A stretch of 64,000 nucleotides of DNA, taken from NCBI GenBank assembly GCA_977030845.1, contig OZ365111.1, forward strand, positions 7,688,001 through 7,752,000, given 5' to 3'. Positions 44,696 through 59,345 of this stretch are shown here, one piece after another. Each line of letters begins with the position of its first letter. Position 1 is the stretch's first letter. The notes beneath the pieces are model-generated. The model was not told the DNA's origin. It searched no databases and worked only from the letters and a program-made list of their open reading frames with translations. Source of the stretch: Fimbriosthenelais zetlandica (taxonomy: Eukaryota). The position numbers and the translations under genes are program-made.

Positions 44696-47600
44696 CCTTC
44701 GCCCACACAAGGGGCCATTCAAAAATTATGCAATGTGGGAGGAATAGGCCTATTCCTTTCAAGATTTCATACGAGGGTCTACTTCAAGAGAAAGGGATCA
44801 TGTGTAAGTGTCACTTCTAGTTGATTAAACACCTTATAAATGTTCAGAAAATTATTACGATGCTAGTTGGTTATGAGGGTCTGTCCCTCACTCCGGTGTT
44901 CCAAATTTGTCGCTGTAATGCACTTTGCCCATTCATTGCCTGCAAATTGGGAATGTCAGTTAATTCAAGCCATTCACCAGGTCCTCTCGGCACCCACGTT
45001 CATTTTCTAAATATTCCATGTTTTAAGTCATTTAATCGGCATACCATCAATCCTCCCGATTACCTGCTTATAAGGCGGCTGACATGCCTCGCTTTCAATC
45101 TGCCCCTACCAATCGCCTCTTTGACGACAGCAAATTTCAAGTAATTTTGATTAATTTTCATTGCCAATTTTCTCAGCGAAAAGATGGTGGTTTATGGTGG
45201 GAAATCACACACAAGTTCTCGGTGAGATAAGGGGATTTTTCCATTTTGAATGCCTCCCCGGTGGAGAAGGTGGGTGAATGTGAATATGGGTGTATGGGGA
45301 GGTGGGGAGACAGAATGGGAAGGGGTGGGTGTCGCGCGCCATGCATTGTGGGCTCGTTATTCACTCGCCATCCTGAGTGCCTTCAACATGCGACCGCCGC
45401 ACCACCAAGCGGCTTTAACAAGCCAATATATTTTGATATTTTATTATTTTCCAGGCGGGAAAAATGACAGGCTAGTTCCGGCGGTGTCGCGGGTGATGGA
45501 CGGGGGTAGGAAGTGGTGGTGCGTGTGGAGACGTGAAGACAACTTGTTAACAGCGAATTAGAGGCGGGGGGCAGGAAGGGTGTGGGTCCAGCGAGAAAGG
45601 GGTAGGTGTGAGAGAAGAAGGGGGGGGGAGGGGGTATAGGGGTAGGGGGATTAAGTGAAGACCCCCTGGAGAAGATGGAGTCAGCCCAGGATGGAGTCAG
45701 CATTCTTGATTCAGGTGTATAAACATTTCATTGCATCATTTGGCTCCCAATTTGGAGAACTGTATCACATAGACCTATTTGACCCCGCAGGATGCCTATA
45801 CCAGTATCGTTGTTATGGGGTAAAATTGGTGGTAGGGTGAATGGAGAGGGTGGACTGGATGGTATTGAACTGATTCATGTTGACCATTGTCTGTAGTGCT
45901 CCGGTAGCCTTGTAATCAGGTGCTAGTAAATAGAGCCTCGCCAATGGCGATCATAAAGTGAGCAAGGCGGCGACAGGAACATGTCGCGATAGCGTGAGGC
46001 AATGTAATACATGGCAATAGGTAATCCCCTGGATCAATTATAACTGGTAGTGGATGGGAAGAGGTGAGGGGAGGGGGTTGGGCAGGAGGAGGAGGACGCG
46101 GGGGGGGGGGGGGGTGATGGAGAAGAGTGTTAAATCATCACTGATCGAGCTAGGAGATGGGTTGGAGGAGCGCCAGGCGCGCACAATGCCCACCATTGGC
46201 GCGATTGTTGAGCACGATCGGGACGCGATCAGCGTTTATTGTCCGTCCTATAGTTTCGCGGGGAGCACGCGTCGCCCGATCAACCACCAGCGTATCATTT
46301 AATAAATGGTGCTCGACCGACTAATGGGTGTTTAACGCAAGAGGCTCGCTGCTCCTCCGATATCACTTGGCGTGTGGGGCACATGTGGAAAAACCATGAC
46401 ACGGTCCTCCATTGGGGGCTTCTCTCCCGGCCCTCCAGACGTCTCCCATCCATTTAGGCAAATTGAAGATCAATTGTGAGTTGGGCGCGTGTTCATCTAA
46501 TCCAGTCGCGCGCGTCTCAAGGGAGAAAAACTTATCTAGTTGAGGGCAAACATGCGGTGAGAGGCGTGGACTGGGACCGGCCTGGCCTCACACCTAGAAT
46601 CGATGCCTTCAACACGTATTGTGCTCTGCAGCCGAAGCAATTACTAAACAAATTTGGTGGCCATGCCGACTGTAATGCCTCCTAGGCCTCGGCCATGATT
46701 AACACTTAGCTCTAGTTATTGGTCTCGCTGGGAATCGCCTCGACGTCCTCTTCCTTTTCTTACGGGCCTCCACCGCCCTGTTTCCTCTTGTTTTAGCACT
46801 CCGTCCGCACTTCTTAATGTCACTTTCCAATCCGGAGAGTGACGGACTTAGTCAAGCATTCAAGTCGTACCCCCTGCCCCTTGACTCTCTAATACATATT
46901 ACCAAGCAAGCTCACTTCTCTACTCTCCTTTCTCTATGCCCTTTCTCCTCCACACTTCTCCTCCTGATACTCTCTTTTTTACCTTGAATAATCGGCCGTT
47001 TGTGAAGGAGGCTTGATCCTGCTTGATTAGTGGTATAAAATGTGGAGAATCTATTCAGTGGGCGGATTTTCTTTCTTTAATAGGAACTAAAACACTTTCT
47101 TCACGTGTAAGAAGGGGTCACGTCTGCTTTGAAGCACGGACCGATTAGGCTGCGAATTTTGTAAATAGAAAAGGTGACATTCAAACCTGCTTTACTTTCC
47201 ATCTCTTATTTCTTTCATTAAAAAAACTGAGTCTTTTTTCTCCAGCAGGCGAATGTTGAAGTTGATGAAGAATAACTTTGTTGTTATTTCCTGGTTAAGG
47301 GCAAAGTTCGCAAATACAAAATAATGCCACGTAAACATTCAACTGCGACATGTAATTTAAAAAGCCCCACATAAAGTACCTTAAACGTGACTCTCTTGCT
47401 AAGAATCCTTCCACTTGTTTCCGTATCCTACTCACAGTAAACAAATCTACTTGTAGACTCGCTTTACTCTTGCATGATGGAATATTTCCAGTTAATTTTT
47501 AAAAAATCATTTCCTTTTTAAAAAAGTTTTTTTGGGACACTTACTGAACCAATTGCTCAATTTCTGAGTATTTTCAGGGGGTCAATATCATAATACAAAT

Positions 47601-48625
47601 TTTGAAATTTTGACAATACAGCAACGGTTGTTACTGGGTGGTTGTTCGCTAACCGACAATGCATTTCTAAGATTCAGGGACTGAAATGCGATACATATTA
47701 TAAAAAGTTAACATACCTCCCTTGCATGGCCCAAATCATATCTGGGAATTAAGATTAGGCATGCGATGACACGTGCCCTGCACTTAAAATAATGATAGAA
47801 ATCTAATCCCATGAAATTCTATATGATTAAGCCCCAATTTACTTCTCTCTGTATATAATCATCGCTAATCCAACACCCTAATCCCCAAAGCACCACCCCA
47901 CCATGCAACGTCACCGGGGATTAGAATCTGCTGCTCTGGGAAAGAATAAGCTGTAGCGGTATGGTGAAGGAAATACCAGAATGCCACATATCTCTGTAAT
48001 CTAACGCCCTCAAATCAGGTCCTATTGGCCCTGCTGTCTCCCATTCCTCCCATAGTTAGCAAGGTTCGTAGTGTAACACACTTATCCTCACCCACGTTAG
48101 CATGTCAACCCATGGAAGTTTCAAGTGTCGAGACCTCCCGAGGTGCAGACTCCAGGACGCGTGTGGACGTTGAAACAGGAGTTGCCCTTGGATTGTTTTC
48201 TTAAGGCTGTTAAGGGTGAGAGTGGGCACTGACAGCGCACGCCCCGGCCAAGCTAAATAAGTTGGTTAAAACCCAAAGTGACGGTCATACCTATGGGGGG
48301 TCGATGTATTGTCTGCGACTTGGGACAGAGACTGACAAGTGTAACGATGTTGACAGGTTAGCCTATACTGTCCTCTACCGACAACAAATGTGGTGGGAAG
48401 AGGGTTTCAGCTTATGGAAGTGCAGAGTTATCTAAACTCTAAAGTCCATCTGTCATAATAGTAAATACACATTGTTCATGAAATTATGGAGAATTCATTG
48501 TCCTGCAGCATGTTTCAAAAGAAAAGTTAGCAATGAGTACTAAGTCTACGGCTAATTTTTGTTATGAAATGGACCCAGAAGGCCTATACCTTGGCTATGT
48601 TTGTTATGAGAGAGTCACCTGCATG

Positions 48626-48692
48626 GGGCCTGTTTCAAAATAAATATTAGCAATGCTAAGTCTATGGCTAATATTCGTTTTGAAACAGGCTC
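48626..48692. mobile_element. Mini MITE family A copy (67 bp, diverged)
   Basis: ATG|GGGCCTGTTTCAAAA...attagcaatgctaagtctatgg...TTTTGAAACAGGCTC|CTG. Confidence 0.7.
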
Positions 48693-51600
48693 CTGGGGTC
48701 CGTTTCAGCGCAGCAATTCATCAATTGCCAATAAGGACAGCGGCTTTTCAAGGGCAAGATCGGTGTGTCTGGACCCTTTTAAAGAAAACTTTCCTCTGTC
48801 TGCATAAATATGTCATGTGTGAATCAAGAGCATCATTTTGAGTTTTGTAACCAGCTGATTCATCAATAGGAAAAAAGATGTTCTTTTGTTCTTATCGATT
48901 AAGCCATTAATGAGGATCTATTTTCATCTTAGGGGGCGTGTATATAAGAATGCGGATATGATCCTTCTTCAGCAGTAATATGTGAGAAGGCCTAAAAGGG
49001 TTTGAAAACGGGGGTAACTAGGGACCTGTAGGCCTGACTTACAAACCCTGGGCTGACGGCCAAAATCAAATTCCAAATGGTCGTATCGCCTGACAGGGTC
49101 ACATATCTTTTGATCATTTCAATCAGAATGTCAAGGGAGGTAGACACACCTAGTCAGGAGTGTCTTTTTGTCGGCAGTTTGCAGCCTTACCGAAAACTAT
49201 CGCAAGCTACATAAGGCTTAAGCTACGTATAGCTAGTAGCCAAAAACTTGCATGGACAGAAGGTAAAAAGTGGTAACTACTACACGTCTTTATGGCTGGA
49301 ACAGACTTCTGAACGCCTCCAGTTGGTTGCGTTTAAAACCCATACCAACACTTCAATTCCACATCTATGTATACATCTTCTACATAAAGACAGAAAAGAC
49401 AAATTTTCTTCTTTTCAAATTTCAATCCTACCGGAAACCTTGGGTGGCAGTGGCTTTCTGCAGGAAACCTTGGTCACATCTAAAGAGAGGGTCTTAAAAG
49501 TAGACCTGCGTCAGAGCCTGGCAATATGGCAACTTGGCATGCTTTATAAATGGCCTTCTTCTGAGACCTCTCAGCCGATCTGTAACATTGCAGGCACTCT
49601 CCTGGCTTAGGGAGAATAAGGGAGTGGGATTAAGTTGGGAGAGTGGATAGATCCATTGGACGGATGGCTGGTGGCGTCCAGTCCCTTGGTGGTTTACGGT
49701 TTCAGGCTACTTCAGCAAATTTGCAGGCATCTGGAATTTTTGCTAGATTGGCGCCAAATTGGAGTTTAGACCAAAGTTAGATCCACTTCACTCCAATAGA
49801 TCACTTACCTCTGTATCTATTGTGAAAGACCTGTCTTACAGATTAAGAATCATGGAATATCAAAATTTTCATTATTTGGACATGGTCTGACATGTTTCAC
49901 GAAAATCCTGTAGAATATGTTATACATCTATGGACGCTTCTTTCCTTTGATGACTGGACTCATTCGAACCATTGACTATATAGATTTATATCTAAATGCA
50001 ATGGTAGAACACCATATTTACAATTCGGCTTCCATGACTCGGTAGACCACCAATGGCTGGTCCAGTTATCCTGGAATGCCTGCCCCTGTTAACATCATCT
50101 TACATGGACGTCACGATCTAGCCTGAACGATACGGTTACCCCAATGATTAGTTTATTTCCCTGCCCCTCAATCCGGAGGCAAGGAACTTGCAGGAGCACT
50201 CGTCTGTCCACAGTAAATATTTTGATTACCATTAAGGGGGCGGACCGAGCGGTCAGTATAGAAGATGCACCGGTCAACTTTCCACCCTTATCAAGTGGTT
50301 AGCCCTCTAATTCAGTCTGACATAAAAGTAATACCTGTCCGGAGTAAGCCCATCAAGGGCAAGCGCCCAATTGAATTAGGTGGACAGGGTCGGTTGGGGG
50401 CTAGTCGTGAGGCCACGGAGATCACACAGCGTCAGCCTTCCTTTGAACCACCATTAGAAGAATGTCTATATTGACTCTGCTTTGGCTTCTGATCCCACGT
50501 ACGTTCCTCTGCAAAGGCCTCAGACACACATTATATGGAAGCCATATTTATAATCTACCTCATCCTTTATTCCGTGTTCAAGCGTCTGCAATATGGAATA
50601 GGAACAGAGAAAACATCATCATCGTTTGGGGCCAATATCATAATAACCTAATATAAAACTCACTGGTCCGAGTTGTCAGGCCCCGAGGCCATGGCATGTG
50701 TCCCCGCCCTAGTTAGGCTTTGTCTTGTCTAATCCTCGGCGATAGGCCTAGCCTGACCTTAGGGCACGAACAACATGGTTAGGGGCAAGTCCACTGGGAG
50801 CACAATGATCGGCGTTCAAGAGGGCATGTAAAGGTTCAGAGAAGTTTGTCTTATGTTGTTTTCAGCGACTGTTTTTATCCCGATTTTCTTTGTAGTGAGA
50901 AAAAGAGGGATAGACAGATAAGGGCTTTAATTGTGTGTTAGTTCTTTTGTTAAGTCAAGTCGAAAATAGGCAAACCTTGGACGGAAAGATTTTTTTCTCC
51001 TTGATGTTTTAGCAAGAGATTCTCGAGTACATTTCACTATCGTTTTTCTTTCATAACATTGTATACATAGTCAACATAATTTTAGTTCTAACTTTATTAA
51101 TAGTAACCAGAAAAGGTTAGGATTCGCAACGTCCAGATCCACTCTTTCATCGGCTTTGCTGGGTGAGAGGACGGAAGGAAGTTGTGGTGGCGCGTGCACA
51201 TGCGCAACGGGAGAGTCTGGCACGCCATCTGTCGAGGCGATATAAACTTATTAAGCAGCAATCATGATAAAGACCTTTAGGTTTCAGCTTTGTTTCCGCC
51301 AATTACTTAAGATATTAGCCCAGTTGACAGGTAAAGGGAGGGAACGGGCTGAAATACAAGTGACACATATTAAGCTCGAATAGCTTTAACAATGGCAGTT
51401 GATAGGTACTCTGAATCCATGTTAACGTGTGGATTTATTGGGAGGGGATTCAATTTGGATCCTTTGCCCACAATATCACCTTGCGTCACAATTATATGCC
51501 AACTACAATTATGTCTCCCGGGTAACACCCACAGATTGCAGCACGCGGCCAGGCAGCAGGTTTTGATAAGCGATTAAAACGTCATTTTCCATAGACATCC

Positions 51601-54600
51601 ACATGGAGGCAATGGGGAGCAGTTTTTGAGGAAAAATCTAGATACTTGCATGTTAGGATAATCGGAATTAACTTGCAATGATTCTTGCGTCATATAATGG
51701 AGCCAATGCCAATGGTTAAATAACTTATAATTCTCAGCTATCCAACATGCATGGAATTCAAAACCAGAGTTGAGAATCATCAGGGATACTTGTATTATGC
51801 ATTAAAATGTTGGGTGTTTGTGCGGGCCCGGGCTTCATAAGCATATTGTTTATTGAACTTGTGTGTAGCCCTTAGTAGCTGCCTTAAGCATTAAATTTTA
51901 AGCAAAAATTACATTATACCCCCATGAAGGAACGGGTCCCCCGACTGTAATTGTAAGGTAGGCCTACTCTTTGGTTTATACTATGTACAGTGTAGCATAA
52001 AAGTACTCTGCAAGAATAGGTAACAACATTTTTTAAATAGGTTAAACTGTGTCTATAAATATGACTAATAGATGAAAGCTATTAAGAATTAATTTCAATT
52101 TCACCCAAAAGCTCGCTGTGCTGCATGCCATAGATACAAATAACATAATAATTTTTAGTGTCTGGGGTATGGAAACTAGATAATAATTGCCCCCTCCATG
52201 TTGAGGGCTAGAAGTTAGTGGTCTTTAAGTAGATGTCTGCTTGTCAGAACATGGACTGTTTTTAGTAGCCGGAGAATCAAATTGTAGCTAATCCTAACAG
52301 ACAGTCATTTGCTAGTCCTACTATCTGCCGCTACAGAGGGAACAATATGCTGCATAATGCCTGCATCTCGGACCAGCTGGTGTACAATATGGTGAGGGAT
52401 AACCCCCTGTGGAGCTGCGGAATCCTTGACAAGAGATGGCCGGAAAACATTTCCAAAATGGCCGCCAACCGACGTGAATGCAACTGAAGTGCGACTGACA
52501 TATCAGGAGAGCATCAGCGCGATTACCTTGTATGGGACGCAGGAATTCTAAACCCCTCTAGGCACCCCCAGCAATTAGTAAATTTGCTGACAAGCTTCTT
52601 GAATGTCCGATTCCTTCTGTGGGGAGGTTTTCATGCGGTCTCACACGCGCGGAACAAGTGACAGGCCGTTTACATTCAATCCCAAATTACTTCTAGTGGC
52701 AGCCAATTGAGGCTTGTTAGGAACCTTTTGCGATGACATGACAACCCGCTTCTGATATACCATCATTGATGTACATTTATCAGCCCGTGTGGGAGAAGAA
52801 AATTGGCCATTTTCTTTGGACACAACTACCAGGGACACACAGGTGTTCCCTATTGTTAAACATAGACGTATAGGGGAGAAGATAGTTTATACTATTCCGA
52901 AGCCCCCCTCTTCTACCACATCCTGCAGCCACCGCGTGAGCTGCAATTTCAATATTTTTGTGCCGTTTTTAAACGTGGGCCGCTGAAAGCTTTGCCTCGT
53001 TGAGGTTGAAGCGGAGAACCAATTTTCTCCCGAATCGCTGCGAAATAAGACACTAATTACTCAATTAAGACAGCTTTTCTCCTTCGTTCGTATCAAGTGC
53101 CGGCGAGAAGTGACAGAACTGCCGAACGCTATGAATGTTCACGACTCTTGAGAAGCACAAAGAGGCCGGAGCAATAAAACGCTTGTTTAACACTGCGTGA
53201 CAAGGCTGATGAAAGCACCTCAGTTTGAATGGACATCTCACCCATAAAATACAGACAACAGATTGAATACAAAACTTATTTGAACATGACTTGCTATAGA
53301 AAGTTCAGTTCATCTCGAAAGTTATATTTTCAATTTCGGTGGTCTTTTTTGCTTTAAGCTTTTTCGTGTTATCAAATCAGACCCAAAATCAGTTACGGCT
53401 ACTTGTGGATATAAAGTGGATGGATAAAGATAATTCCCTTTAATATTGGTTTGTTAATGTTAGTACAAAAACTAGGCAAAATTAGGCAAATGAAATGTTC
53501 CCATTGCAATATTCATGCACGGACGACCTTGCACAATCTATATCATTTACCATTAGAGTGAGACCTTTGTTATTGTACACAATTGATAGATTGATAAATG
53601 TAAATGTCCATTGTTAATCAAAGTTCCTTTTTAGGTTATCATCAGCTATATAGCTGTCTGTACCCAAACATCTCACATCTCAGCTGCTTCGAAGCGAAAG
53701 GATCCTTGGGCAATCATTTATCTTTGAATTCCCTGATCTCAGCTCGGGCCACAGAGGCTGCCAACAAGATCAGCTTTTGTCTAAATCCCCATCACAAGAC
53801 ATCTAAATGGAGATTAGTGTTTCTGTCATGTTAATCCCTAAATATCCATTATTCAACTGTCACGCGCTTGAACTTGCATAGACCCAGAACATGCCAAGAG
53901 GATTTCTCGGATTATGTTGGGGCTGCAGACATGTACTGCTACCATGGCAACCACAGCCTTCAACCTTCTTCTGTGGCCACCGATTCCTACTGAAATGTCT
54001 GGAGTAAAATTTTCATTCCAAGGACGTCTGAACAGGCAGATTGTAAAGTTGTTGGGCACTTTTTCTTTTGCTGAATCTATACATTGGTATTTCGAAGTAG
54101 CTCTTAGGAAAATTAATTAAAACTTGTTATTTTACCGATGTTTGTTACTCCTAGAGCTTAATTGAGTTTACATATGTATATATACGACTTTGCCTGCCTC
54201 TGTGTGTGCCGACATGGAGGAATGCCATCTAGATCTATAACCTCTACGTTTTCTAAGTGATTCCAAAATTAATTTTAGGGGAAATACAAAATGTTGGGGA
54301 TTAGTGAGGGCTGAACATGAAGGGAGTTATATCACACTAAATATATACTCAACTTGAACTCATTAGAAGGTTTTTAAAACTGCCTAATACATCAAGATGC
54401 AAAAGCTCGCTACCAATTAAAGCAAGCATCAACTGCAATAGCCATGGAATTGTGATCATTCACGATATAAGCATGGCAAACCTTGAGAGAGCAAAGATCT
54501 AGACATTTCCTTGTTACATTTAGCGATATCTTTGATGATCGATGCAAGATGACAACACGGAAGAGGCGGATGACAAAGGCCTGCCCAGGGCTTTTTTCCT

Positions 54601-57600
54601 GCACGTGTAGGTGGCCAGTGATTAGCCGTTGGCAAATAAGTCGTCTTGTTTTGAAAATCTGTTTTCTCAAATGGTTAATAAGTTAAAGATCAAGATTCTT
54701 AAATCGAGGAGGGAAGGTCTCGTAGTTTCATGACACTCTGACTCTGCTGGAGTAATTTAGAGGTACCAGAATTTAGTCTTTTGAAGTAGACCAGTCATGT
54801 AATTGCCCTAATTCATGGCTACTTTTCTCTTTCTAATCGTCAGTCAGCAGGCAAGCAGTGTTAATAGAAATGCTAGACTTTTTCATAAAACCAGTTATAT
54901 TGGGTGGACTCCATGGCCTGGTTTTCTGGTGAGAATAAATGAGGGTGACGATGTGTCGATCGTTAAATGAATTGAATAAAGGTTCTATATATTTCATCCC
55001 TATCCTGCTGTAAATAACAATGTATAAGAAGATGATTATAATAGGCATATACTTATATATCTGCATAAACATGGACCTACTTAATTGAAAATCAATTTGT
55101 AATTTCCAGCTAGGATATATAGGAAGAAATCCCACATGAAAACTTCCCTAATGCACTAATCAGTAGCATGGACAATTATTTATGTAAGATTTAAGCTTCA
55201 CCTATTGCCAAGCTGTATCTACAAGGTCTATTTATCCAATATGGGATTACCAGGTCCTTTTACCTCAGTAATCAACCCCTGCCTCCCATGGCGAATCTTA
55301 ATAAAGCCAATTTTCAAAATCCTCATTAACTCAATTAAATCATTTCATCTATCGCCAGTTATACTAATTATATTTAATCCCAGCAGTTTGTTATCCACAA
55401 ATATTCCGGACCTCATCAGTAGAGGCGGTAGATCAGCCGTCTGAAATGGTGGGCCACTAATCATGTTTTTTTCTTGTTAAATAAAAGGCCCTTCGTTGAA
55501 GTTGCAGTGAATACCAAATGAATACTTCTCACACTTGATCCAAGTAACCTTTCCTCTCGTGGAGCAGGGTTCCTATATAGTGATACAATACCCCTGATGC
55601 GGTCTGTCATCTGGCACTCTGTTTGCACAAACAAACAGGTCATTCCACCTAGTGGATCTCTTGTTACCTGAACAACGCTCATTGCCTCAATAAGATGGAC
55701 CCCCACTCAGACAATTTAAATGAACTTGCAGTCTGGGAATTCTGGAAGCATACAAGCTATCTATTAAGATTGTAGGTATGAGATATAAATCCATAACCAG
55801 CTATAAACTGTGACGTAAATACAAAGTACGTAGAAACCACTTAAAGTTGAGAGAATCTGTGAGGGGGTTTTGCAGAAGCAGCTCCAGCCCATCAGCCGCG
55901 AGTCTAGAACTCTGGGGTTAGTTTCGGACGAGCAATACTGTATTCATCGTCATAATTATGTTGTATTCCAGGGCATTGATGAATATTGATAATCTTTCAA
56001 TAACATTAGACCGATTTTCAACCATTTCTTCTTTCTTAACATCAAAATAACTCTGTTTTTTCCCTCGGCAGTTCCTTCAAGTTCCTGCCTGCAGCCAAAC
56101 CGAAACCACCAAAAGCCCATGTGTGCAAGTCCAATTCACCTACAGTAAGTACAGCCTATACTCCTTTTCGCTTATTCGCCCCATTGCCTGTTATCAAAGG
56201 CAATGATCACCTGGTCTCATCATTTGGTATGATTTCTCTGTACCTGGGGCATTATAGCTTGTACCTCACCACCCATTTGTGTTGAACAGCAGTTTAACCC
56301 CCCTACACCACCTGTCCTCAGTGGGGATAGTCCTTGTTAAGTGCCTTTCATATGTATGACTGCAAATAAATGAAGGGTTAACAACCTCTCGCTCTGAGCT
56401 CACAAAAGTACTTGCTAAAGCACACCAGCCACTTTCATCACAAAGGAACACAGTTAGGCGACGTTTGATCTTGCTTCTGTCCTCCTTACAGAACCTTTAA
56501 GTATAGATGAGCTGAGTATACACAGTTAAGGAGGTGGAAGGCCTCGAGAGATTGTGGTCATCTCCTGGCAACTAAAGTTAAGAACTTAAGAGTTGCTTAG
56601 TAAGAGATATTCGACAGAGAAGCATCTGGCCGTTTTCGTATGACATACATATTTTGCATTCATTGCAAGTTTATTCGGAATTTGGGGTTTCAATAAGTAT
56701 GTACATACGTTGGTATGGAAGAATAGGCTTGTTTCCCGATAAATGATTGTCAGTTTGAGCAAGGTTCATGCAGCACAGCTTGGCAGAATGGGCAACTGCA
56801 GCGGCTAACATAATGACTGCATTTGAACCAACATCAGCCAACGTCATGAAACCCTATAAAAAGTTCCTTTGCCATCTTGTATGCTCTAAAGACCCATCCA
56901 GTCAATAGGCTCAGCCCGTTTCTGAGCAATGCCAAGGAGAGCGTGATATTCTTGTCCCTCAAACTTGCTTAATCGAAACAGAATGAGCAAGAATGGCATG
57001 TTTGGTTCGGCACAAAAGGCCTCTGTGGCAGATCCCGAGGTAATTTGGAGTTCTTCTGGAAACAGGAGGGAATGCTCCTAATACCTAGTGTGCAATGTGG
57101 ATCTTTGATGATTTGGATGAGGGAGGAGGGACTTTTTTGTCAGGACAAAAGCGTCAGTATTTTGACCTGGCATAGTGACGGCGCTAGGCTTTGAAGCTTG
57201 TTCGGGAGGCGCGTGGTATATTAACCTCGTTAGGGAGCCAGAAACCATGAGTCAAAGGCCCACAACAACTAATGATTCCCTTTCATGGACGTTTAATACG
57301 TGTTTTTCTCATGCTCAACTTAGCACTCTCGTAGCTGTTCAATCGGTACCGTTGTGCGAAAACCAACCACAAATTAGTTTATCAGTAAAGGCAGTGGGAG
57401 CTGGGACGTTTTCCCAACCTACAATTAGGATGGGGCCCGCTAGGGGGGACTGAATGGAAGCTGTGCTCACAGGGCTGTAACGCAGCTACTAAGATGAGGG
57501 AAAAGCAAGGCTTGTAAAGCATTATGTCCTCAGGCCACGAACGGTAAAGGGGCTCAGATCATGAGCCAACAACTCATGAATCTCCTAAGGTATTTTTCCT

Positions 57601-59295
57601 GGCGTCACCCTAAAGAGACATATTAATATGGCATAACAGGAAAACTGTGAAGGGCTTTAAGGATTATGATAATATTTCTGTTAGCAATGGCTTGCATCAT
57701 GTCCATGGTTGGTTTTCTTTCGCTGCCCCCTCGGTGTTCATAATTGTATGTAAAGTGTCAAAACCCTGTCATAAAGGTGTCATTTGTGACACAAAGATCA
57801 CGACGTCTTAATTAGAGACCACCAGGACTCTGGCCTTGGACAGCAGGAGCACATTGAAGCAGTCAGTTCTTATTGTTGCCAAATTGACTAATAGCTTTCC
57901 CCTTCCCTGTAACACAAAGTTCTCCTGGGGCAAACCATAGCTGCCCAGAGGGCATCAGTCCAGGCAACAATGCACCATAAGGCAGGGCCATTTGGTAGAA
58001 GACCTAAGGGCATAAGCTAAACACCCAATCACATAATTTAGCCCCACCTTCCTAACCGATAGCTTTATGTAGAATTCAGTTCCAGCGAGACCACCAGAGA
58101 TATTACCCCTAAAAGGGCCCAGGACCATCAATGATGGTTCAGCCCCTAAATCTTTGGGAGCAGGACCTTTTCCATGTATAGCATTATAGTACAAGGCCAC
58201 CCGGGTGCGCGAACAGTGCCTGTAGGTTATGTCAGGAGCAGAGATTGTGCTCAAAGAATACACCTGTGTCGGTGGTCTCCCAACCACCAACTACACCCTG
58301 CAGTGATGACACTCTTTGGTTCAATAGATCACGATGTTTTAAATGCATTGCCTCAGGGTCTGGGTTCAAATCCCTCAGGTTATATCGCAGCAAAGGAAAT
58401 TCACTTCTTTTGTAAAAAGCACCATGCCATTTTAGCAAATAAACCACCAATTATTCGGAAGAGAGAATTTAGCCTCTTGCCATGAGACTAATACAAACCA
58501 AACAGATAATGATGAGAAACAAAGGAAATGCGTGGAAAACGGTTTTTACCATCTTTGAGGAAAGTATATATGCAAACTATGTATATGTTTTCCTTGGTTT
58601 ACCTTACTTCTCTTGAATTAAAGCACCTACCGAGTACCACCTAAATGAGAAAATCCCACAACTGTGCACTTAGCTTGTATCTAGGGAATCCAATCCCATT
58701 CCAATAGCAGTGATTTCCTATTTCCATCATGTGAAATTACACAAATCCATGTTTGAGGACCCTGATTCCATGCCCCTGGCACAACTTTACGAAGAGAAGT
58801 TCCCTCGTGCACTTTTGATAAATCAATTATACATATAAACTCTCTACTTTCGGCAATTGCACATTGAAGTCAATATCCAAACTTCAAGAAAAAACGCTGA
58901 ACACTTTTGGCACATGGGCTGCTGGCTTAAAAGCAAATAAAGTATTTATTTAATAGAAAGAACGTGGAAAAACAAAGGCTGACATTGAATTGGGTTGATT
59001 ATGATTGAGCCCCTCAGTCTGAACAACCAAATACGGACCAGAATTTAGTTCTTAATGCATTACTCGAGCACTGCTATCTAATTATAACTATCCTGAGGCT
59101 CCAAGGACTGAGCTTTCCCCCAAGGGTTCGCCTTTTCTTACAAGACAATCACACTAATGTCTAACACGTTTTCCTCTTTTGCTTTTCAACAGATTTAGCA
59201 ACCCGGGCCGAGGTGGATACAACCGGATAGGACATTCAAATGAGTTTTTCGGGATATTGAAAAATAGGGGCCATCAGTTATGAAACGAGACCCTG

Positions 59296-59345
59296 GGGAT
59301 TGTTTCATAATAATACTTTAGCCAAGAAGATTATGAAACAGGCCC
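59296..59345. mobile_element. Related mini MITE (50 bp), TSD CTG
   Basis: CTG|GGGATTGTTTCATAAT...ATTATGAAACAGGCCC|CTG; same TIR class as family A with a different core. Confidence 0.6.

Noticed and set aside
44492-44824. His/Pro/Leu repeat ORF
   Set aside because: Translation of the 24-bp minisatellite; no other support for coding.
59160-59260. Strong plus-strand acceptor ttttcctctttttgcttttcaacag|
   Set aside because: No convincing donor, open frame or partner exons; at most a lncRNA exon.
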